A stretch of 64,000 bases of DNA from Candidatus Saccharimonadales bacterium. Lineage in GTDB: Bacteria; Patescibacteriota; Saccharimonadia; Saccharimonadales; EFPC-124. The position numbers and the translations under genes are program-made. The notes beneath the pieces are model-generated. The model did no database searches, had not been told where the DNA came from, and worked only from the letters and a program-made list of their open reading frames with translations. The DNA lies in NCBI GenBank assembly GCA_050730875.1, contig JBOHNX010000001.1, forward strand, positions 425,972-489,971, in the 5' to 3' direction. Positions 49,280 through 59,132 of this stretch are shown in pieces (within the stretch, counting starts at the first letter, position 1; every line of letters starts with the position of its first letter).

Positions 49280-51304
49280 CTACAAGTCCTGCTTAAGCAA
49301 CTCTTCAAGGGCTTTTTCGTCGATTATTTTCGTGCCGAGTTTTTCAGCTTTGGTGACTTTGCTCTGCCCAGGATTCTCACCAAGAACCAAGTAAGTAGTC
49401 GTTTTGCCGACGCTGGTTTGGAAGGTGCCGCCGAGCTGGCGGATTTTTTCGGCTGCTTCTTCGCGGTCCACACCTTCCAGTGTTCCAGAAATAACAAAGT
49501 TCTTACCTTTTAGCGGGCCACCAGTTTTGGTAACTTTTTGTGGCACAACTCCGGCGTTGGTAAATTTAGCAAGCAGCTGCTGATTTTGTTCGTTCGCAAA
49601 CCATGTCATGATGCTTTCCGCTACAACTTCTCCAACCCCTTCAACCTGTTGGAGCTCGTCAACTGTAGCCTCGCGAAGTTTTTCGAGCGAACCAAAATGG
49701 TTTGCCAAATCAATAGCGGTCTGTGAACCCACGTGACGGATCCCGAGGCCGTAAATGAAATGCGGCAGCGAAGGATTTTTCTTTTCTTGGATTGCTTTTA
49801 TGAGCTTCGAGGCCGAGATTTCTGCAAAACGGTCGAGGTTAAGCAATTGTTCTTTTGTGAGCATGTAAAGATCGGCCGCGTCTTTAATAAGTTTGGCATC
49901 GAGCAGTGTTAATACGTTTTTTTCACCCATGCCTTCAATATCGAGCGCTGTCTTGCTGGCGTAGTGCTGAATTTGGTTATGCAGGCGCGCCGGGCAAGCA
50001 TTGTTTGGACAGCGCCACACCGCTTCTTCGGCCTTCGCTTTTACGAGTTTGGTGCCGCATTCGGGGCAGTGCGTTGGCATTTTAAATTCTTCTTCTTTGC
50101 CGGTGCGCAGCGTTTTGAGCACCTCCACGACTTCGGGAATAATATCGCCGGCTTTGTGCACAATAATCGTATCACCTACCCGCACATCTTTACGTCGGAC
50201 TTCCCCCTCGTTGTGCAGCGTCGCCATTTGCACGGTGCTGCCAGCCACAACCACTGGTTCGAGCACGGCTACTGGCGTTGCCGCACCTGTACGGCCAATG
50301 CTTACAAAAATATCCTTCACTTTTGTGGTTGCTTGCTCGGCAGGATATTTATAGGCAACGGCGCCACGCGGCGCTTTGCCCACCACACCTAGCCGGCCGT
50401 ACAATTGGCGATCGTTCACTTTTACGACTAAGCCGTCCGTATTGAATGGCAATTTGTGGCGTCGTTCTTCCCAGTAGTGAGCAAACTTCATAATTGCCGG
50501 GATGTCTGTCAGCACCTTTGCATGGGCACTTGCGTGCAAGCCTAATTCGCGCAGCATTTTATAGGCAAATTCGTGTGTCGGTACTTCCTTGGGATCGTCG
50601 CGCATGAGCTCCCACGCTACAAAGTTAAGCGGTCGAGCCACAACGAGCTTTGGGTCGAGCTGACGAACAGTCCCGGCTGCCAAGTTGCGCGGATTCGCAA
50701 ATAGTGGCAGCCCTTTTTCTTCGCGCGCTTTGTTAAGGCGTTCGAAATCTTCCTTGTGCATGACGATCTCGCCGCGGACTTCGGTCCTCCCGCGTAGGAA
50801 TGGTTCGCTTTCTTTAGTGCGGCGTAGGCGTAGCGGCACCGATTCGATAGTCCGCACGTTTTGGGTAACATCTTCGCCAACCGTGCCATTGCCTCTAGTT
50901 ATACCGCACACCAACACACCATCTTCATAAACTAAGGCACAGGCCAAGCCATCCATTTTTGTATCCGCAAAATATTCAAACTTAGCTTCGGGGGCAAGTT
51001 TTTTAATGCGCGCTGCCCAGGCGGCAAGCTCGGTTTCGTCAAATACATCGTTCAAGCTAAGCATTGGCCGCGAATGCGCAGCCGAAACAAATTGCGGCAG
51101 CGGTTCGCCAGCGACGCGCTGCGTTGGTGAATCTGGTGTAACTAAATCAGGATGTTGCGCTTCGAGCTCGGAAAGCTCGTGTTTTAAACCATCGGCCGCA
51201 GCTTCGCTCATGATAGAGCGGTTATTCACGTGGTATTCATACCGGTATTCGCTAATGAGCTCGCGAAGTTTCGCAATCCGCTCTTTAGCCTGCTGCTTGC
51301 TCAT
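49280..51304 (-). CDS. ligA: NAD-dependent DNA ligase
   Basis: KMDG adenylation motif, Zn-finger CPECGTKL..CPNNACPA, HhH and BRCT regions. 674 aa. Confidence 0.93.
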   Translation of the reverse strand: MSKQQAKERIAKLRELISEYRYEYHVNNRSIMSEAAADGLKHELSELEAQHPDLVTPDSPTQRVAGEPLPQFVSAAHSRPMLSLNDVFDETELAAWAARIKKLAPEAKFEYFADTKMDGLACALVYEDGVLVCGITRGNGTVGEDVTQNVRTIESVPLRLRRTKESEPFLRGRTEVRGEIVMHKEDFERLNKAREEKGLPLFANPRNLAAGTVRQLDPKLVVARPLNFVAWELMRDDPKEVPTHEFAYKMLRELGLHASAHAKVLTDIPAIMKFAHYWEERRHKLPFNTDGLVVKVNDRQLYGRLGVVGKAPRGAVAYKYPAEQATTKVKDIFVSIGRTGAATPVAVLEPVVVAGSTVQMATLHNEGEVRRKDVRVGDTIIVHKAGDIIPEVVEVLKTLRTGKEEEFKMPTHCPECGTKLVKAKAEEAVWRCPNNACPARLHNQIQHYASKTALDIEGMGEKNVLTLLDAKLIKDAADLYMLTKEQLLNLDRFAEISASKLIKAIQEKKNPSLPHFIYGLGIRHVGSQTAIDLANHFGSLEKLREATVDELQQVEGVGEVVAESIMTWFANEQNQQLLAKFTNAGVVPQKVTKTGGPLKGKNFVISGTLEGVDREEAAEKIRQLGGTFQTSVGKTTTYLVLGENPGQSKVTKAEKLGTKIIDEKALEELLKQDL

Positions 51305-52299
51305 AGTAAACTGCGGTACAACTTATATACGTAGACTGAAGTAAAGGTCAACGTAACAGCTGTTAGCACCTGCGCAATAACAGGCACGAATGGCAACCAA
51401 TCAAAGTGAAGCCAGTTGTCGATAAACAAGGTAGGAATAAAGACGACTGCCCAGCCAATAAAGGTAACGACAACCAAAGCTGCAATGTGCAGCGCCAATC
51501 GCCAGCGTTGCCCAATAACTAGTTCGCTTGCAGCGACCAATGCGCGCCACGGGTACATGTTGGGGAGTGTGACGATAACCATGGCGAGCAGTGTAGCGGT
51601 GATCCAGTAGATAGATAGCAGGGTCAGCAGTGTTGCCACACCGGCAAACACCATCGATTCAACCCCATTCAGCCAACCGCCACTCTGCGAAACCATGAAT
51701 ACAAAAATACCAAGTGCAGCCGGTACAACCTGGATACAAAGTACTACCAGAAGGACGAATGTTGCGATTATCGGCGCACCAGAATTGTATAGCGCGTCGC
51801 GGATCTTGACTGCCTGGTTCGCTAACCTCATACGAGCAGCCCATACTATTGCTAGCCAAAATATAAATGTCATTAAGCCGCCGAGGAATTGCTGCAGTTC
51901 GGTAGATTCTGGATCGATCGAGCCAGTAATTGTAGAACCAAATAGGGTCACTGCCGTACCAAATGCATCCAAATTACCGCCGAATACCTCTGTAGTCGCT
52001 TCGCGTAGCGCAATAAAGTCGAACTGCGAAATGCCACCGGCAATAAAGTACATTGCGAGCCCGTACAACACCGCCAGGCCAAGCATCAGTTTTTTCTCGC
52101 TCCAAATAAATCGTGCGGTGGTGCTCAATAGTTTAAAGACCGATGGTACTGGCTGGCCTCCCAGCTTTTGCCTGGGTCGTGACGTTAGTCGGAAACTACG
52201 GTGTGGACGCTTAGCTACGTAAGTCTGCCAGCGTTTTCGGAGCGATTTTTTTACTGCTTCTAACCGTTCGCGGATACTTTGTTTTTTTGTTTTGCTCAT
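51301..52299 (-). CDS. Hypothetical integral membrane protein
   Basis: 332 aa. Basic N-terminus, then about 6 TM. 4-nt overlap with ligA. Confidence 0.6.
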   Translation of the reverse strand: MSKTKKQSIRERLEAVKKSLRKRWQTYVAKRPHRSFRLTSRPRQKLGGQPVPSVFKLLSTTARFIWSEKKLMLGLAVLYGLAMYFIAGGISQFDFIALREATTEVFGGNLDAFGTAVTLFGSTITGSIDPESTELQQFLGGLMTFIFWLAIVWAARMRLANQAVKIRDALYNSGAPIIATFVLLVVLCIQVVPAALGIFVFMVSQSGGWLNGVESMVFAGVATLLTLLSIYWITATLLAMVIVTLPNMYPWRALVAASELVIGQRWRLALHIAALVVVTFIGWAVVFIPTLFIDNWLHFDWLPFVPVIAQVLTAVTLTFTSVYVYKLYRSLL

Positions 52300-52304
52300 A
52301 TGTG

Positions 52305-53183
52305 CTACAGTTTATCACCCATGGCACGCAAACGTGCAATTCGATCTTCCAGTGGTGGATGTGTGCTAAATAGTTTGGCAATGGCATTGCCTTTGAGCGG
52401 ATTGGCAAAGAATAAATGAGCGGTTGCAGTGTTTTGGCGGCGGAGTGCTGTGCCGTGATCGCGCAGTTTTTCGAGTGCACGGGCCAAGCCTTCAGGGTAA
52501 CGAGTTGTCAGTGCGCCGGTGCTATCGGCCAAATATTCGCGTCGACGTGAGACTGCCATCTGCACAAGCAGAGCAATAAATGGCGCCAAAATGGCCGCAG
52601 CAATACCAAGCACAATAAAAAGCGGGTTTGGTGCATTATCTTCGTCGCTGCCGCCCCACCACATCATGTGCAGGAGCATGTCGGCGATAAACCCAATGGC
52701 GCTGACTAGACCAAATACGATCATCATTACGCGAATATCATAGTTATTTACGTGACCCATTTCGTGCGCCATAACAGCTTCGAGCTCGTCATCGTCCATA
52801 ATTTCTAGCAGCCCAGTGGTCGCCGCAACTACTGAGTGCTTTGGATCACGACCAGTGGCAAAGGCGTTTGGTGCTGGGTCATCAATAACATACACTTTCG
52901 GCATTGGTGAGCCAGTGGCGATGCTCAAGTTCTCGACAGTCCGATACAGACGTGGCGCTTCTTTTTTAGTCACCTGTTTGGCGCCATTCATAGCAATGGC
53001 CAGCTTTGCCGCCAAAAAGTACTGAATCAGCGCATACACGCCACCAATAATCAGCGCTAGGTATAGAAAACTCGGGCGACCATACAGGTTGCTGGCAATC
53101 CAACCAAGTACACCAATTATGGCGATAAACAGCGCCATAATAAGCCAGGTTTTCCGTTTGTTACTTGCTACCTCGGTATACAT
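52305..53183 (-). CDS. htpX: Zinc metalloprotease HtpX (M48)
   Basis: HEMGH motif, 4 TM, C-terminal FSTHPP..RI..L. Confidence 0.9.
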   Translation of the reverse strand: MYTEVASNKRKTWLIMALFIAIIGVLGWIASNLYGRPSFLYLALIIGGVYALIQYFLAAKLAIAMNGAKQVTKKEAPRLYRTVENLSIATGSPMPKVYVIDDPAPNAFATGRDPKHSVVAATTGLLEIMDDDELEAVMAHEMGHVNNYDIRVMMIVFGLVSAIGFIADMLLHMMWWGGSDEDNAPNPLFIVLGIAAAILAPFIALLVQMAVSRRREYLADSTGALTTRYPEGLARALEKLRDHGTALRRQNTATAHLFFANPLKGNAIAKLFSTHPPLEDRIARLRAMGDKL

Positions 53184-53259
53184 AATTCCTCTTGCAGAAT
53201 CTGTTTATTTACACTCTAATTATACCTTTTTCAGGTATGAAGCGTAAGGGGTTCGACCC

Positions 53260-53817
53260 CTAAAACTGGACGTCAACCGGTTTTTCAACCGCAGCCATGT
53301 CTTCAACCTCAAAGAAGTCACGCTTCTTGAAGTTAAACAGAGCTGCAACGATATTGCTAGGGACGCTGTCGATCATAATATTAAGGTCGCGCGCGGCGCC
53401 GTTATAAAAGCGGCGGGCAGCCATAATTTTGTCTTCGGTGTCGGTTAGCTCTGCTTGCAGCTGTTGGAAGTTTTCGGTAGCGCGAAGTTGCGGGTAGTTT
53501 TCGGCAACGGCAAACAAACTTTTAAGCGCTTGTTCAAACTGATTCTCGGCCTCTGCAGTTTGCTTCACACCCTGTGCATTCAATGTGTTTGCACGTGCTT
53601 CAGTTACTTTTTCAAACACCTCTCGTTCATGTTTGGCGTAGCCTTTAACCGCGTTTACCAAGTTAGGAATGAGGTCGAGGCGACGCTTCAGCTGTACGGT
53701 TATGTCACTCCAAGCCTCGTCAACACGAATTTTCGTTTTTACCAAGCCGTTGTACATGAAAATCACGATCACAATCAGCAGTACGGCAACACCCAAGATA
53801 ATCCAAGTTAGTTCCAT
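53260..53817 (-). CDS. lemA: LemA family protein
   Basis: N-terminal TM, YN.L......V.EAWS.I.VQLKRR.DLIPNLV, RRFYN motifs. Confidence 0.9.
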   Translation of the reverse strand: MELTWIILGVAVLLIVIVIFMYNGLVKTKIRVDEAWSDITVQLKRRLDLIPNLVNAVKGYAKHEREVFEKVTEARANTLNAQGVKQTAEAENQFEQALKSLFAVAENYPQLRATENFQQLQAELTDTEDKIMAARRFYNGAARDLNIMIDSVPSNIVAALFNFKKRDFFEVEDMAAVEKPVDVQF

Positions 53818-53893
53818 TATTACTCCTTATAGCTTATGTGTTTATTGTAGCATGTGTACAAAAAAATGACCTCTAACAAGAAGTCATTTTGAC

Positions 53894-53979
53894 TGGTGCT
53901 CGGGGCGGGACTCGAACCCGCAAGCCTTGTGGGCACAGCATTTTAAGTGCTGCGTGTATACCTATTCCACCACCCGAGC
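53894..53979 (-). tRNA. tRNA-Leu (anticodon TAA), type II long variable arm
   Basis: Hand fold: acceptor GCTCGGG/CCCGAGC, anticodon stem CAGCA/TGCTG with loop CTTAAAA, T arm GCGGG-TTCGAGT-CCCGC, encoded ACCA. Closely resembles E. coli tRNA-Leu(UAA). Confidence 0.88.
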
Positions 53980-54462
53980 GTAACGTAATTTTACCTTCTT
54001 ATTTTTACCACGATGAGTCGGTTGAAGGCTATGGCAATTTGGGCAAAGTATTCGCAAATTTTCTAAACGATTGTCATGTTTATTACCATTTTCATGATCC
54101 AACTCTACCGGTACACGTCCATCTGCCGCCTGCTTTTGCCAACCGCAAAGTTCGCACTTTGGCTCTTTAAGACCCTCGCGAAAAAGTCTGTTTTTTAGTT
54201 TGAAACTTTGCACAAAACTTGTTTCGACTAGAAGCTCCTCTAACGCCTGGCGAGGTTTGAAGTCAATTTTTTCCCCTGCGTTCCATCTCTTGCCCGTAAA
54301 ATGGACTGTATCCAGTCCGAGCTCTTTTATCCTCTTCTTGATCTGGTCGTAATTTCCACCCGCTGGAATTAACCTTAGTGCAACAAGTACTGCTCTGTAA
54401 CTTTTTGCGACTTTTACAGCTTCCACCAACTGTTCATCGGTCCAGGAACGCTTTTTTGACAT
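53962..54462 (-). CDS. HNH endonuclease (free-standing, homing-endonuclease-like)
   Basis: Start ATG 54462 (MSKKRSWTDEQL...). C-terminal CELCGW...ELDHENGNKHDNRLENLRILCPNCH. The last 18 nt run into the 5' end of tRNA-Leu. The track N-extension covers tRNA-Cys and is spurious. Confidence 0.8.
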   Translation of the reverse strand: MSKKRSWTDEQLVEAVKVAKSYRAVLVALRLIPAGGNYDQIKKRIKELGLDTVHFTGKRWNAGEKIDFKPRQALEELLVETSFVQSFKLKNRLFREGLKEPKCELCGWQKQAADGRVPVELDHENGNKHDNRLENLRILCPNCHSLQPTHRGKNKKVKLRYARVVE

Positions 54463-54503
54463 GCGCAGATAGTAGCACACTTTGGTTCGCGTTCGGACAA
54501 ATT

Positions 54504-54577
54504 TGGAGGCGCCTACCAGAATCGAACTGGTCTTTGAGGTTTTGCAGACCTCCGCGTAACCACTCCGCCAAGGCGCC
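54504..54577 (-). tRNA. tRNA-Cys (anticodon GCA)
   Basis: Hand fold: acceptor GGCGCCT/AGGCGCC, anticodon stem GAGGT/ACCTC with loop CTGCAAA, T arm ACCAG-TTCGATT-CTGGT, encoded TCCA. Confidence 0.88.
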
Positions 54578-54637
54578 ATTCGTGCCAATTATACCAGTAA
54601 TTACTGATTCAGAATATAGTTATAACAGATTAGCAAC

Positions 54638-55180
54638 TCAGGACAATTCCTTGCTAAAACTCACCAATGTTTCATCTTTTCTATGGATAATGCCTTGTTC
54701 GGTATAACCGCACCGGGGTGGTACGCTGAGTGAGGCTTTATTTTCCGGATCTACCCTTATCAATGCACGCTTAACTCCCTTTTCGCGCATGAACGGTTCG
54801 AGCAATGTTACCGCTCTGGTCGCTAGTCCCCGGCCACGCCCAGCAGGATAAAGACTGTACGATACGTTTGCTTCGCCAGGTTCAAAATCGCCCGGCTTAT
54901 CGCTCTTTGTCTTAACTTCTACTTGCCCGATTTGTTGGTCATCTGCCACGGTGCGCACTGCAAAACTAAAAACCGGACCGCCTTCTACCCAAGATTTTTG
55001 ATTCCGAACAATCCAACTCTCAACTATTTGTTGCGTACTTTTATTGCCTTCACCGAGCCATTTTACTTGCTCTTCGTCCTCTCCCGCCAAATGCGCCGGG
55101 GCATCGGCTAGCTGGAAGGGTTTTAGCGAAACAACACCGTCGGTAAGTTCAATCTCTGGTAAATTTTCTAGATTTCTCAT
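54638..55180 (-). CDS. GNAT family N-acetyltransferase (RimJ/RimL-like)
   Basis: 180 aa. ..GRGRGLATRAV acetyl-CoA loop pattern. Confidence 0.75.
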   Translation of the reverse strand: MRNLENLPEIELTDGVVSLKPFQLADAPAHLAGEDEEQVKWLGEGNKSTQQIVESWIVRNQKSWVEGGPVFSFAVRTVADDQQIGQVEVKTKSDKPGDFEPGEANVSYSLYPAGRGRGLATRAVTLLEPFMREKGVKRALIRVDPENKASLSVPPRCGYTEQGIIHRKDETLVSFSKELS

Positions 55181-55995
55181 CAGTCTAAAATCCCTTTCTC
55201 GCGCCGTTGGCGGACGGCTTCGTAGAGCACTAATGTGGCGGAGGCTGCTGCGTTTAGGCTATCTGCCTGGCCGTACATGGGGATGAGCACCTTTTCGTCG
55301 GCGTTATCAATCCAGTAATCTGGGAGGCCGACTTGTTCTGTCCCAACAGCAAGCGCTACTTTTCCGGTCAAATCTACGTCTGTAAACATTTTGGTTGCCG
55401 ATGGCGTGGTGGCGATCAGCTTTACATCATTAGCCTTCTTCCACTCAAAAAATTCTTTGGTATCAGCATGGGCGATCGGCACCGTAAAGAGCGTGCCTAT
55501 GCTTGCGCGGACCACGTTCGGGTTGTACACATCCGTCCGGCCATCGCAAACAATAACACCTTCTACGCCTGCAGCGTCGGCGGTACGGAGCATGGTGCCT
55601 AAATTACCTGGCTTTTCAATCGCTTCGGCCACCAAGAATAACGAGTGGTCATTAACTGGAATTCCGCTTAATGAGTGATGGAACTGCGACGCAACGGCTA
55701 TGAGACCCTCTGGCCTATCCCTGTAAGCAACCTTGGCAAATACTTCAGGGGTCAACTGATACGCTTCGGCTCCGCCTTGTATAGCTCGCTCAACCAGGGC
55801 AGTTTCATTCGAGCCCAAGTACAGTTCGGGGCAGTAGTAAATCTCGTCCAGTTTAAACTTGTTGTCGAGTGCCAGCAGGATCGCTTTATACCCTTCAATT
55901 AAAATGACCTTTTCGTCATCTCTTTTTCGGCGATTTTTGAGCTTCACCAAGTTTTTTATACGTGGATTTTGCAGGCTAGTTATGAGCATAATCAT
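55180..55995 (-). CDS. TrmH/SpoU family RNA 2'-O-methyltransferase
   Basis: N-terminal SpoU substrate-binding region. C-terminal NLG...R.A.A.G, LA.G.E..GL and SLN motifs. Confidence 0.82.
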   Translation of the reverse strand: MIMLITSLQNPRIKNLVKLKNRRKRDDEKVILIEGYKAILLALDNKFKLDEIYYCPELYLGSNETALVERAIQGGAEAYQLTPEVFAKVAYRDRPEGLIAVASQFHHSLSGIPVNDHSLFLVAEAIEKPGNLGTMLRTADAAGVEGVIVCDGRTDVYNPNVVRASIGTLFTVPIAHADTKEFFEWKKANDVKLIATTPSATKMFTDVDLTGKVALAVGTEQVGLPDYWIDNADEKVLIPMYGQADSLNAAASATLVLYEAVRQRREKGILD

Positions 55996-56069
55996 AGGTA
56001 ACTATAGCAGAAAACGGCGCCGCCGACAGAAGTCGAGCAGCGCCTAGTGCTACAGTTCTACTCGAAGGC

Positions 56070-56567
56070 CTACTGGAGCAACTCTTCCAATCGGTCGATC
56101 GTTTGCTTGATGCCTTCTTCCATGCCCATTTCCAGGACTTTGGTAAGCTCGGCCTCGGTTGGGTAGGTAGTGACGTTTGTCATTTTGGTCTTGCCATCTA
56201 CCTCTTCAAACGCGACAGTGGCTTTTGCGGCTGGCATGCCTTCAGTGACCTTGCCGTTTTCATCGGTGAAGTAATCCGTGTATGTAAAGCTGGCTTGCGG
56301 GTCGATAGCTTCGTACTCCATCTTGCCCCAAGATTCTTGGCCATACCATTCGCCCTGGTTTTCATCCACGCACTTCATGCCGTAAAGCAGATAGCCGCCT
56401 GGGTTAAAGTCCATGTGCTTAACGGTTGTTTCCCAGCCGCGTGGACCCCACCATTTTGCAAATACATCTGGGTTCGTCCAGGCTTCCCATACCTTGTCCT
56501 TTGGCGCATTGATTGTCCGCTCCAGGGTTAATACGTTGCTGGTGTGAGTTAGTTTAGTTTGATTCAT
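56070..56567 (-). CDS. SRPBCC/AHSA1-domain protein
   Basis: 165 aa. R.I.AP...VW.AWT.P...A.WWGP.GW pattern. 4-nt overlap with the upstream ArsR gene. Confidence 0.75.
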   Translation of the reverse strand: MNQTKLTHTSNVLTLERTINAPKDKVWEAWTNPDVFAKWWGPRGWETTVKHMDFNPGGYLLYGMKCVDENQGEWYGQESWGKMEYEAIDPQASFTYTDYFTDENGKVTEGMPAAKATVAFEEVDGKTKMTNVTTYPTEAELTKVLEMGMEEGIKQTIDRLEELLQ

Positions 56568-56890
56568 CGTTCCTCCTTTAATAATTCTTCTAACTTATTG
56601 AACCGTTCGTGCCACATAATCTCGTACTGTTTTAAGTAGTCAGTGGCATCGGCAATTGTTTGCGGATTAGCGGCAACTACTTGAGTACGGCCCTGCTTTT
56701 TCTTGAGGATTAACGCCGCCGACTCAAGCACATTCAGATGTTTGGCAACCGCAGCAAAACTCATCGAATATTTTTGAGCAAGTTCGGTAATGGTTTTCTC
56801 GCCTTCAATAACACGCCGCAAAATATCCCGGCGCGTCTCATCAGCAAGAGCTTGGAACACATTGTCGTAGTTAACTGTATATTCAACCAT
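56564..56890 (-). CDS. ArsR/SmtB family transcriptional regulator
   Basis: VFQALADETRRDILR......TELA......S.AAVAKHLNVLE winged-HTH pattern. Confidence 0.82.
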   Translation of the reverse strand: MVEYTVNYDNVFQALADETRRDILRRVIEGEKTITELAQKYSMSFAAVAKHLNVLESAALILKKKQGRTQVVAANPQTIADATDYLKQYEIMWHERFNKLEELLKEER

Positions 56891-56972
56891 ATGGTTTAAT
56901 ATTATTGCACTTGTGTTTCTTTGTCAAATAAAAAAGCCCTTTCGGGCTTAAAATTTTCAAGTCCGTGGCACC

Positions 56973-57266
56973 CTAGTCGAAAATGCCAACAGCAAGTTCT
57001 ATCCAAATGAGGGCGAGGAGTGCTAAGAGTGTGAGGCCGATGGCGATTCGGTATTTGATGTTCTGTGTCTTCCGCGCGAGCAGCTCGTACGCTATGCCGG
57101 TGCCGAATAGGAGGGTGCCGGCGGCGATGAAGTCGCTGAGGGTCCAGTTCACTTCATCGGTAAACTGCATCGCTACTAAGGGAATCAGCAATATGAGCGC
57201 CGTCAAAAGTGCAAAGATAATAATGTTTTTGTTCCGCTTGAGGGTACTAGCGTCTATAGTTTTCAT
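56973..57266 (-). CDS. Hypothetical small membrane protein (3 TM)
   Basis: 97 aa. Hydrophobic segments throughout. Confidence 0.55.
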   Translation of the reverse strand: MKTIDASTLKRNKNIIIFALLTALILLIPLVAMQFTDEVNWTLSDFIAAGTLLFGTGIAYELLARKTQNIKYRIAIGLTLLALLALIWIELAVGIFD

Positions 57267-57278
57267 ATTGTAACTATA

Positions 57279-57905
57279 TCAATCTTGCTTGGCTCTGATG
57301 GGACCGACGTGCTCTATGTAATGCTCTCCACAAAGTGCGGCATACGATATGTCGCCCTCGCCGTCGATGGCGATTTGGTCACCTTCGGAAACAAATTCTT
57401 CGTTTTGGAGCCGGGCATTAAAGATGCCACGCCTGCTGCAACCGTCGCTATCGTTGCACATCGTGATAGATTCTCGTATGACATGCGCGATCTCTAGAAG
57501 TCTGCGGCTGCCTGGGAAGCCATGGGTCTGGAAATCTGTCCGCAGCCCATAGGCGAGTACGGGTATGGCACGCATGACTGCTAGGTTGAATAGTTGGTCG
57601 ACTTGCTCTGGCTGCAAGAACTGCGCTTCGTCTACTAGAAGCACGTTGATATCTTTGTTCAATTCTCGAGCCTTTTCGCGTCGAACCATGACCTTTTTTT
57701 CTACGTCCAAATCTGGAGTGGTTACGAAGTCCACTTCACGCTCCAAGCCGACCCTTGAAACAAGCCTATTGTCACCTTTCGTGTCGGCTGAGGGCTTGGT
57801 CAGTAAAGGTATTCTGCCAGTTTTTTCGTAGTCGTAGGCGGCAATCAACAGGTTGGCAGTCTTTTGAGCTCCCATTGCACCGTGTTCGAAATAAAGTTTT
57901 GCCAT
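57279..57905 (-). CDS. tdk: Thymidine kinase
   Basis: GAMGAQKT P-loop, LLVDEAQFL, Zn-ribbon C..C...........CGEHY. Confidence 0.88.
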   Translation of the reverse strand: MAKLYFEHGAMGAQKTANLLIAAYDYEKTGRIPLLTKPSADTKGDNRLVSRVGLEREVDFVTTPDLDVEKKVMVRREKARELNKDINVLLVDEAQFLQPEQVDQLFNLAVMRAIPVLAYGLRTDFQTHGFPGSRRLLEIAHVIRESITMCNDSDGCSRRGIFNARLQNEEFVSEGDQIAIDGEGDISYAALCGEHYIEHVGPIRAKQD

Positions 57906-57961
57906 ACTATTCCCTTAACCTCTTGGGTATACAGCATAGCAAATTTCGGTAAAATAAACTT

Positions 57962-58273
57962 ATGGCTAAGAAAGAAATTCCAGGCGGTACAGTGCACAAA
58001 ATGCCCGCAGATTTACGCAAGGCTCTAGTTTCTACCCCCGAAGCCCTAGCGGCGTGGGAGGATATTACGCCACTCGCGCGCAATGAATGGATTTGCTGGG
58101 TTGAGAACGCCAAGCAGATCGATACGAGAAATCGCCGGATCGAGCGGACGCGTACGGAACTTATAGAAGGCAAGCGCCGCCCTTGTTGTTGGATAGGCTG
58201 TATTCACCGCACGGACAAGGCGATAAGCCCGTCGGTGCAGTGGGTGCTCGATAAGCAATCTAAAGCTAAATAA
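57962..58273 (+). CDS. YdeI/OmpD-associated (bacteriocin-protection-like) family protein
   Basis: 103 aa. P.DL..AL......AAWE..TP.ARNEWI.WV..AK...TR..RI pattern. Confidence 0.6.
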   Translation: MAKKEIPGGTVHKMPADLRKALVSTPEALAAWEDITPLARNEWICWVENAKQIDTRNRRIERTRTELIEGKRRPCCWIGCIHRTDKAISPSVQWVLDKQSKAK

Positions 58274-58294
58274 TTCTGCCGGGCGTTAGCCGCC

Positions 58295-58888
58295 TTAAGC
58301 CCCAACAGTGCCTGTCTTAACTTCTCCCGCTCGCTTGTAATTGGCCATAATCACCCCGCTTGGCGTAACAGTACTCTCTAGTAGTGTAAATGCTGCCGGA
58401 ATCGTGCCGTCGCCAAACAACTTTTTCCCTTCACCAAGCGTCAACGGGTAAATTACGAGTCTGAGCTCGTCCACCAAATCATTCTCCAATAGCAGTTGGA
58501 TGAGCTTGCTGCTGCCCCACACCTGGAGGTCACGACCGTCTGAATTCTTGAGCTTTTCGATATCTGCCACGCTTGTAAGGAACTCTGTGTTCTTCCAATC
58601 CGACTTTTCCATTGTGTTGGACAGGACGTATTTGGTGCCATCATTGATACCCGGCCAATCGTCTGCGTGTTTAGGCCAGTAGCTAGCAAAAATTTCAAAT
58701 GTCTTTCTACCCAATAGATACTCTGCAGGCTGCATATTTTTTTGGAAGAACTCGCTCCCGTTGTCATCCGCATATGGCGCAGTCCAGCCGCCATATTTGA
58801 AACCACCCGACGTATCTTCCTCGGGCCCGCCAGGGGCCTGCATTACTCCATCTAAGGTAATCATTGTTATGACGATTATTTTTCTCAT
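58295..58888 (-). CDS. Dihydrofolate reductase family protein (RibD C-terminal-domain-like)
   Basis: ITLDGVMQAPGGPEED, LLGRKTFE, VWGSS.L...L...DLVDEL.L.I.P...G.GK.LF. Confidence 0.75.
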   Translation of the reverse strand: MRKIIVITMITLDGVMQAPGGPEEDTSGGFKYGGWTAPYADDNGSEFFQKNMQPAEYLLGRKTFEIFASYWPKHADDWPGINDGTKYVLSNTMEKSDWKNTEFLTSVADIEKLKNSDGRDLQVWGSSKLIQLLLENDLVDELRLVIYPLTLGEGKKLFGDGTIPAAFTLLESTVTPSGVIMANYKRAGEVKTGTVGA

Positions 58889-59132
58889 GGCCCACTTCCT
58901 TCGCTAAAATCGCATTCTCAAAAGGTTAATGTCTAAAACCACTTTATCATTAATTGTGTTTTGTCTGCGAAGCGCCACGGCGCTGTTCGACTGTCGTTGG
59001 TACAATACTTTGAGTTATTTTTACACGAAATTAGGGATGAGATAGCCAAATGGAGGATAATCCTGGCGGTCCCTTATCAAGAGCATCTTTTAGGTAAGTA
59101 AGGTGTGGGACTCACACAACGATTACGATGCG

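Noticed and set aside
54463-54588. N-terminal 42 codons of the 208-aa track ORF upstream of the HNH gene
   Set aside because: This stretch is the tRNA-Cys gene read as protein. The real start is ATG 54462.
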